Virus record (IMG/VR): IMGVR_UViG_3300033148_007030
Coordinates: 1-64,000 of that record
Direction: 5' to 3' (one strand)
Length of the DNA: 64,000 nt
Origin: a virus
Shown here: positions 57,501-64,000 of the stretch, piece by piece
Layout: every line of letters begins with the position of its first letter
Numbering within the stretch: position 1 is the first letter of the stretch
Notes under the pieces: generated by a model
Told to the model about the DNA's origin: nothing
What the model saw: only the letters and a program-made list of their open reading frames with translations
Database searches by the model: none
Program-made: the position numbers and the translations under genes

Positions 57501-59356
57501 TGAACACCGGTTGACAATTCTTTAAAAGGTAATTTCTCATTTGTGGGATCAAGAGAATAATGAACTATTGCTTCTTTTAAAGATTCATTGGCAGGGATTG
57601 GAAAAACATCAATAACTTCAGCATTGTTATAGTACCCATCATTATCTCCAACATCCAATATACTTGCTCCAGCTTTATCAATCAAAAGAGTCCATTTTCC
57701 ATCGGCTCCTCTTTCAACTCTGGCCCTAGCTGGAAATAACAAATCATCAAGAATATCTCTTGCCTGACTTTGTTCAGTAATAGCCCCATCACAATACATA
57801 TTTGTTATGTCATTAAGATCAGTAGCAGCGGTGGAGAAAGCATCAACATCAATAGTATCAGCTAACCCCCAAGTTGCTCCATTGAAAAATCTTCCAATAA
57901 CATAAGAAAAATTTCTTTCTGCTGACCCATGACCAAGCTCCAATCCTTTTACATCCGCAGTAAGTTTATGGTATACCCCTGAATAATCCATCTGTTCTTT
58001 AGTAAATCTAATACATGCATAGCCAGACCAGGGAGTTGCTTGTGAACCATCATAAACATTACCATCATCATAATCAGGAGCATTTGTACCATACTCACTA
58101 GTAACAACAAGCACCCCATCTCTCTTTACCCCTATATCGTTTGCATGATCTACCCATAGACTTTCTATAACTCCATAACCTATCAAATAATCATAGTAAT
58201 TGTTGGCTATATCATTTGCTACGTTTCTTAAAGGGACGTTCCGACAATGACCAAAAGGAATGTTGACAGGCTCCCCAAGATCCAATGCAGTGGTGGCAAA
58301 AGTATTGGTGTTGACAACTTCTAAAGGAAGAAGAGTTTCAAGAACATCGTCATCCCTCATTTCAACATTTACCGTAACCGTTGGGCCAAGAGAATAATCA
58401 GAAATCTTTCCTCTGAACTCAAAAGAAGTTCCATCAGTGGGATCATATCTTTGAACAACAACCCACTTACCTCTTAATTCTTGATATTTTGCAATATTAT
58501 CCCAGGTATGAGTTTTGTAAAAATACAAATTACTAATAGATCCTGACATTGCTATAGCATTGCCTTCATTATAAGTACATACTCCATAACAATATCGATA
58601 TTCTTGTCTTGGAGTACGAAGATTTCTGACTAAGGTTTCTTGCAGATCAGTGTGTTCAGCATCAGTATAAATATAACAATATATTTTACCAAAATCCCCT
58701 TCATCTCTCTTTCGGACGACTCTCAAATAATAATCAGTATTAACAAGTACATCATCATGAGCATCTAGTTTAGCTCCTCCGACGATTTCATCCAAGTATA
58801 TTTGATAAGCGCCTGCCGTCTGTTTATATAAAGTAATAGCTACATAGTTCTCGCCAGCCGCTCTAAGCGCGTGGGTATCTCCGATGGCGTTAGCTAATAC
58901 CAAGGCTTGAACCTCACACCCGTCATCTGCCGCTGTCATCTTCACATCAAGAAAAATTTCAAAATCCTCTTTAAAATAATCAACACCAAAATTATAATAA
59001 GCATAAGCGATTTCATTTTCTGTTAATCCTGCAAAAGTAATAGTATTAGCTGCTATTGCTATTCTTCCATTTGGATCAACTTCGGTGTAGGCAGGATCAG
59101 TAAAATCTTGTAGGTTAACAAATACATAAGGACCTTCTTCTCTTTCACTAGAAAACTCTAATGTAAGAGATTGAGCTTGTTCAACTCCATAATAAAGGTC
59201 AGACAATTCTTGAGAAATGTTAGGGCCACCTAGGAGAGTTCCGCGATAATAATTATCTGCGGCATCATAGAAATCTTTGGTGGCAAACCTATGAATACTT
59301 TCCAAATGAATATCAACTAAAACTATAGGATCATATGAAGAAAGAGAAGTTGCCAT
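54545..59356 (-). CDS. Tail tip/host-specificity protein with carbohydrate-binding-like inserts
   Basis: 1603 aa after distal tail gene; GSIGGW repeat, NMLMNGGFE CBM-like module, C-terminal chaperone-like LLYQAVMQLDERMKKLE. Confidence 0.75.
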   Translation of the reverse strand: MATSLSSYDPIVLVDIHLESIHRFATKDFYDAADNYYRGTLLGGPNISQELSDLYYGVEQAQSLTLEFSSEREEGPYVFVNLQDFTDPAYTEVDPNGRIAIAANTITFAGLTENEIAYAYYNFGVDYFKEDFEIFLDVKMTAADDGCEVQALVLANAIGDTHALRAAGENYVAITLYKQTAGAYQIYLDEIVGGAKLDAHDDVLVNTDYYLRVVRKRDEGDFGKIYCYIYTDAEHTDLQETLVRNLRTPRQEYRYCYGVCTYNEGNAIAMSGSISNLYFYKTHTWDNIAKYQELRGKWVVVQRYDPTDGTSFEFRGKISDYSLGPTVTVNVEMRDDDVLETLLPLEVVNTNTFATTALDLGEPVNIPFGHCRNVPLRNVANDIANNYYDYLIGYGVIESLWVDHANDIGVKRDGVLVVTSEYGTNAPDYDDGNVYDGSQATPWSGYACIRFTKEQMDYSGVYHKLTADVKGLELGHGSAERNFSYVIGRFFNGATWGLADTIDVDAFSTAATDLNDITNMYCDGAITEQSQARDILDDLLFPARARVERGADGKWTLLIDKAGASILDVGDNDGYYNNAEVIDVFPIPANESLKEAIVHYSLDPTNEKLPFKELSTGVHAAFGVTRTYELPFVLEDGTATNVLNYLKNRSIYSDNKAAINVGMEGRDLSRGQIITVTAPGRNLASKEYVIDKITKGGVSKFELECREYYSAIHDSFVITPPSDPHGRNYVVYGPETWVGPILLGDGVGQSASITLTVADGEGDIYIGAGKTDFTTADNGFIIGIDDSDGNKVKMYLGDATDYMYWNGANLVLSGNITANSGSIGGWIISATALADNAVAANANVYIDSDNTLIRLGPTTGDYLTLDGANLRIRSSNYVAGMAGAGFTLEPDLLEVGNIAARGIIRTAVFQKDIVSAVGGNLAVLPADVLATTMTALDNCHVVIEGNETFAVGDFLRIKDDTDDEWIEVTGAAGADYTVTRDMNVDYAADTNPLWKKGATVVNYRQSGDGFVYITASEANAPYLSVITHAGAPWTTLTTQMRLGNLNGSYGYVADAYGFAYGDSTLAGNYTTYDETSGKLIVKGLVEIIGNPSLQNMLMNGGFEETDGTNAYYWTSGVGISTEVAGGDDSNKYLKVVRAGGNNHPFYLNPDGTTRYFEVNEGETYELGGSLKSDTVCTAWMSSRALDKDKGIVEWGTTVTSLDAAWTTKSGIYTVPAGVKFLLLMLGAITADGWAAFDNIYLKRVDELAWSFTHASDRTKIDGGDVYVGSSILVGTGVTAGSIAINDATFGNAGIQLIWVDDAGWKAKFYAGDGANEYFQYVQGTGVSISTAQANAITIKSGGSITLEAGGDLIMNGADANPALLKWVTDGTDIHMGAHKTSDNFAIYPATAEDGNFYIGYEFGGGGSIKAFIGIYQLAQYNWQARTIYDQMDTGNDNSNIEIYSGATHTQINMFSDWDATHQAGVFVYADADEEYVRIDGSDLRPYANNSQELGTTDLRWKHGWMVDLTVTNCITEGTCEIIPGDALKIINDIVQPGSGIFDEWKHERFDMKRLHPKYPWLFVKDEGNHYLEKIGTKSDLLYQAVMQLDERMKKLENKSKKQI

Positions 59357-60139
59357 TTAAACCAATTCCTTAAATCTAATAGTATTTCCTATTACCAGAT
59401 CATTAAATTCCAATGTTCCTTCATAAGCCTCATCTCTGAGGCAAAGGTACACTTTATTGTCAACATTGTCATTTTCATAAAATATCATAGGATCAGATAA
59501 ATCTATTAAATTGAAAGCCCAAAGCTCCGACTCATTCGTTTCAGTTCTCTTACCGAAAATAGCAGATCCGAGCCATTGGTAACTATCTCCAAGATTAACT
59601 CGTTCCGTTCCTCCATGCGGTAAAGAAACATCTTCATAGGGCTTCTCGGCTTTCCTTTTATATCCCCAAGCCATGTTTTTAGTAAGTTCAGTAGCAGAAC
59701 CAAGAACAATTACTGACCCCACTTCCCACTTGGTTTGGTAATCTCCTGTTGCTGCTGTGGTATTGTCTATAAATATTCTCATCCATTGAAGGTTAAAACC
59801 TGTAATTGGGATATATATTTTATGACGATTAACTCGTTCGTCCAAAGTAACATCAAAGGTAGCACTAGTATAAGCTGGGCCGCCCCACGCATCCGCAGCA
59901 TTTCCTTCGATTACCACCTTGTCAAAATTGATGGCGTTAAGAACAACACCTTCAACCACGGTTGCAGCCCCAAAATCAAATTTAAGAAGCCAATCATCTT
60001 TAGTCACATCATCCGCTCTAAATCTTCTTCTAAGATGCCAATAATCCTCTACATTATCATCTGGGTACTCAGCAACTTCTGTTCGTGAAGTAATAGTTCC
60101 TAGATCTACAAAATCCCCACTTACAATAATATTTCCCAT
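59357..60139 (-). CDS. Distal tail protein (putative)
   Basis: Position between tape measure and tail tip; beta-rich. Confidence 0.6.
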   Translation of the reverse strand: MGNIIVSGDFVDLGTITSRTEVAEYPDDNVEDYWHLRRRFRADDVTKDDWLLKFDFGAATVVEGVVLNAINFDKVVIEGNAADAWGGPAYTSATFDVTLDERVNRHKIYIPITGFNLQWMRIFIDNTTAATGDYQTKWEVGSVIVLGSATELTKNMAWGYKRKAEKPYEDVSLPHGGTERVNLGDSYQWLGSAIFGKRTETNESELWAFNLIDLSDPMIFYENDNVDNKVYLCLRDEAYEGTLEFNDLVIGNTIRFKELV

Positions 60140-63100
60140 TATCTTCCTCTACTCTCTTGTTGTATTAATTTTCTTCCAATGGAACTTTTTACAAATGTTT
60201 CAAATTCTTTTCTTACTGCCATACCAGTTGCATGAGGAGTTTTACTTTCATTAACCTGAACAACAAGACTAAAACTTGTTGAATTTGCTGGAATTACTTG
60301 CTCTCCTTGATGAAGTTTATATATGCCTGTTTCTGGAACATAGTCAGTTCCATGTTGATATGAAGGAACATCATGAAGATGGAAAGGATTTTCATAATCG
60401 ACAAAAGTAGCTATTTTATCCAATGCTTCCAACTGCTGTTCCTGTATCGCCAACTGCTGTGCCTGAATCTCATACTCAGATATTCGTTCCTCTGCGACCC
60501 CTTTCAGACCTTCTAATGCATCCAACACAGAATAGTAAATATTTTGATACTCTGTGGAGGGTCTTTGGTGCACCTCTTGGGCAATATTCAGATATTCTCC
60601 CCACAAATCTTGAAGTTTTTGTACATCAGAAGGGCTTGTAGGCGATCCATATCCAGAAATCTCCTGTTGTAATAAAGCCATTCTTTCTAAAGCCGTTGCT
60701 GGGCTGGCTTTACTTATTTTGATTTTTAAAATTTGATCATCAATGGATTCTAATACAGACTTCCAATCTTCAAGTGTTCCAGTAAAATCTTCTGATTCAT
60801 CATTCAAATCTTGTAATGCTTTATATTGTAATTCATAGGCATAATTAACCAAATTCAACCCAGTTCCTAAAGCCTCAGCTACTTCAATTTGTTCTTTATA
60901 CCATTCATCAAGAGCGTATAATTGTTGTTCATAATCACTTAAAGTATGACTTCTGATAATCTCTTCCAATCCACCAAGAAACGAACTGGTCAAAGCTGCT
61001 AACTGGGCAGCGTAAGCTGCACCTACTGTATTTCCAGCCTCTTCGAGTTGTTGAGCTAATTCTTCAAAAAAAGCTACTTGTTCGTCAATAGCTATATTTA
61101 TCAAATCAATCTCATGTGGAATACCCCCAAGAGATGGTAATAAAGCCGCTTGTATAGCTTCATACTCTTGCCTTGCCGCATTAAATTCTCGTAACCAACT
61201 CATAAAAGGATCGCCTACTGCTTCAAAGCCGGCAGGCATTGTAAATACCCCTTCTAATAACTCCTCAAGAGTGGGAACAGAAAAATCAATACCTGAACGG
61301 GCGAAACTTTCACTAAGATCTACAAGATGATCTCGAAATTCTGTGGCAGAGGCTAGCCAATCTGTTTCAGAATCTGCTAAATCCGAAACCACTTGGCCAT
61401 ATTCCTGTTCTAAAGCAGCTATTTCTGCTGTATAGTCTTCAAGTATACTGGGAATAGCATCCATTTCTTCTCGAATAGCATCCATAGTTTCATCCATCTG
61501 ATCTCGCCACTTTTCCAAATTATAAAGTTGCATTTGCATTGGAGAAAGTCCTATAGTCTCAATAATACCTTGAGCTTCCTCCCCTGTCGCTAGAAGAGAC
61601 TCTTGCTGTTTTAATAATAATTGTTTTTTAGATAATTCGTAGGCCTCTCTCAGAAGTTCTACTGATTCAGATCCTAAAGCTCTTGCCGCATCTATTTGAG
61701 TTTTACTAATTTACCCCTTTCATAATCACTGGGATCTAATCTAACCTGATTAAGTATATCTAGTAAAGGTTCCTCAAACGATGTTTTCAACTTTTCTTTT
61801 ACCTTTGCTAAAACTTCTGCCCTTTGTTCTTCTAATCTATTAATTTCATTTGTGGATGCTCCCAACTCACTGAGTGTTCTTAACCAGGTATCAAATTGTG
61901 AGTTTACCCGCCGCATTTCTTTTGTAACATCATCCAAAGGATAGGTTATTTGAAGAACTTGATCATAAATATCAGTCCATGCATTGGATAATTCCTGCAA
62001 TCGTCTAGCTTCTTCAGCATGTTCAGCCTTTCGTTTGTTAGATCGACTCTCTGAATAGGAATAGGTTGCATACAAAGCCGCTGCACCCATTGCAACAGTT
62101 TCTAACATTCCTGTTGTTGCTGCTGACGTTGCTGCTGACGTAGCTTGATCTCCAGAATCTGATTGGATAGAAAGCTTTATTTTTTTCACTAATGCAGCCG
62201 CAGCCATCTCAGAAAGAGTTCGTATAAACAAATTTTTCATGGAGGTCATCAAGTCTTTCCAGCCATCCATCTGCCCACTAAAAATATTATAAAAAGTATC
62301 AGCAAAAGCGCCTTGAACTCTACTAAGAAAAGTTTTGTAAGTTTCTTCTAATAAAGTGAGGTTTTCTTTAGTTTTCTCTACATCAGTAGGAACCCATTGC
62401 TCATAATCAAAGGGGGCTCCATATTCTAACGATGCTGCTTCTTTTGCTGCTTTTACATATGCCTCCATAGTATGAACCTGAACCTCTGTAGGTATTAGAA
62501 CTTCCCAATCAAATGGTTCTGCATATTCAATTGCAGCTAATGTTTTGGCCAATTTAATATAATCAGCTGTTTCCTTATTTAATTTCTTCAATTCTTCTTT
62601 GGTTAATTCTACTTTTTCCTTTACTTTTTCGAAATGTATTGTCCAATCTTCATATCCTGGCAGCAAATCTTCAACTTTTGCAGCGTTTTTCATATCTTCA
62701 AGAGTATCTATAAAACCTTGAAATTGGGTATTGGTATTTTTTATAGAGTCAATTAAATCAATGGACATAGCTGCCCCAGCGTTTTTCATGTGCTCAAACT
62801 CACTTTGAATACCTTTCAAACCTGCTATAGAATCATCAAGTCCCCCAGTAAGATATTTCCCTCCCGGGTATAATTCAGCTAGATACTTTTGGGATTTAGC
62901 AATCTTTAAAAGAACAGTTACAAAAGTTTCTCCTAATGCAGATACCGCGGTCATTGTGGCAGAAAATGCCAGTGAAATTCCTCGAACAGTATTTATAAAT
63001 AATCTCACCCCTTTCGCTGCAAATTGAAATGATGTTATTATTGCTTTAGCAGTATTATGAGCCCATTCATCCATTGCACCTTCCATTTTAAATCTTTCTA

Positions 63101-64000
63101 ATTCTACCAACAAAGCCGTGGCTTGCTCCTTCATAACTTGAAATGGACCAGCATCCATAACTAAATTTCTAAACTGAAACCATTTATCTGCAAACATACT
63201 CATGGCACCTTCCCAAGTTTTTGCTAATTCTTTCGTAACATCTTTGAATTTACTATCCTCAGCATTCCAAGCATCAAACATCATCTTTTTGGTATCTTCT
63301 ACAGAATATCGAACCCCTGCTTTAAATCCCATCATGGCCAAAACACCCCGTTCTCGAAATAAATCCGCAGAAGCAGCACCAGCAGAATACATTCTAACTA
63401 TTTGAGAAGTAGTAGTCATAATATCAAGACCAGTTGCAGCAGCGAGATCCCCAATCATGGGCATCCATTTTTTTATCTCATCAACTCCCCCTTTCATAAC
63501 TCCTGATAATGTAGTAGCTGCATCCATAATTTCTGCATATTGAAAAGGAACTCTTCCTGCATAATCTGCCATTGCTTCAAAAAGTTTGTTTCCTTCCGAA
63601 ACACTTCCCAACAAAGCATTAAGACGAGTTCTATACCCCTCAGAAGCAACAGCTGCCTCAGTAAAACTTTTAGATAACCTCATCAACCCATAAACACCAA
63701 TAACCCCGCCCATGACAGCTTTAAGACTGAGCATAGATTTTCCTACTGATGTTACCCCTCCTTTCAAAGTAGACATAGCTCCAGAAAGATTCCCTGTTTT
63801 CATTTGTAATTTTGCTACTTCAAGGCGAGTTAACTTAGCAGAAGTTTTCAATTTATCTAAAGCAGCTTTTCCTTTATCTGCCCCCATCTTCTTTAGCATG
63901 CGTTGTTCGAGCTTTTTTATATCCTTCTCTGTTTTTACAGTCTCCAATCCAAGAGTATTAAAAGCTTTACGAAGATCATTAGAAGCTTTTTTTGCCTCAT
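60139..64000 (-). CDS. Tape measure protein (5' end outside window), frameshifted at ~61700
   Basis: Tape-measure domain (AGRVPF...IGDLAAATG), helical repeats, C-terminal YQHGTDYVPETGIYKLHQGEQVIP; second frame KTQIDAARALG... joins 61539. Confidence 0.85.

Noticed and set aside
54545-59356. Diversity-generating retroelement or invertible tail-fibre cassette
   Set aside because: No reverse transcriptase, invertase or template/variable repeat pair seen in the window
1-64000. Stop-codon reassignment
   Set aside because: Long conserved genes translate intact in the standard code; the breaks seen are frameshifts, not in-frame stops

Overview
A 64-kb segment of a large, AT-rich tailed dsDNA phage. 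Essentially all real genes are on the minus strand. In transcription order (right to left) it holds: tape measure, tail and lysis genes (52.7-64 kb); an AT-rich non-coding junction (52.15-52.7 kb); a run of small early/host-takeover ORFs with repeated leader hairpins; a replication/recombination block (SF2 helicase, primase, RtcB, initiator, DnaB, QueD/QueE, radical SAM, two sliding clamps, UDG-fused family A polymerase, IbrA/IbrB, clamp loader, UvsY-like, SSB, RecA, 5'-3' exonuclease, resolvase, split SbcC, SbcD, ThyX); terminase subunits; and a glycosylation/modification cluster. The standout is a candidate RNA-guided system at 17.4-19.2 kb: a stand-alone Cas7/RAMP-like gene plus a partner ORF, flanked on both sides by 5-nt-periodic (GGY-NN)n arrays that a GGCA tetramer cuts into roughly 54-nt units, with a third orphan array at 4.4 kb. 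This matches my recollection of the recently reported VIPR-type architecture, which needs checking. Other notable items: three tRNA-like shells (8-bp acceptor/5-bp T stem) carrying unrelated cargo in place of the anticodon arm, a ~295-nt structured ncRNA candidate, a dual-coding C5 methyltransferase, attC-like sites, and several frameshifts that may be assembly errors. All protein calls are from motif recognition only; no database searches were run.
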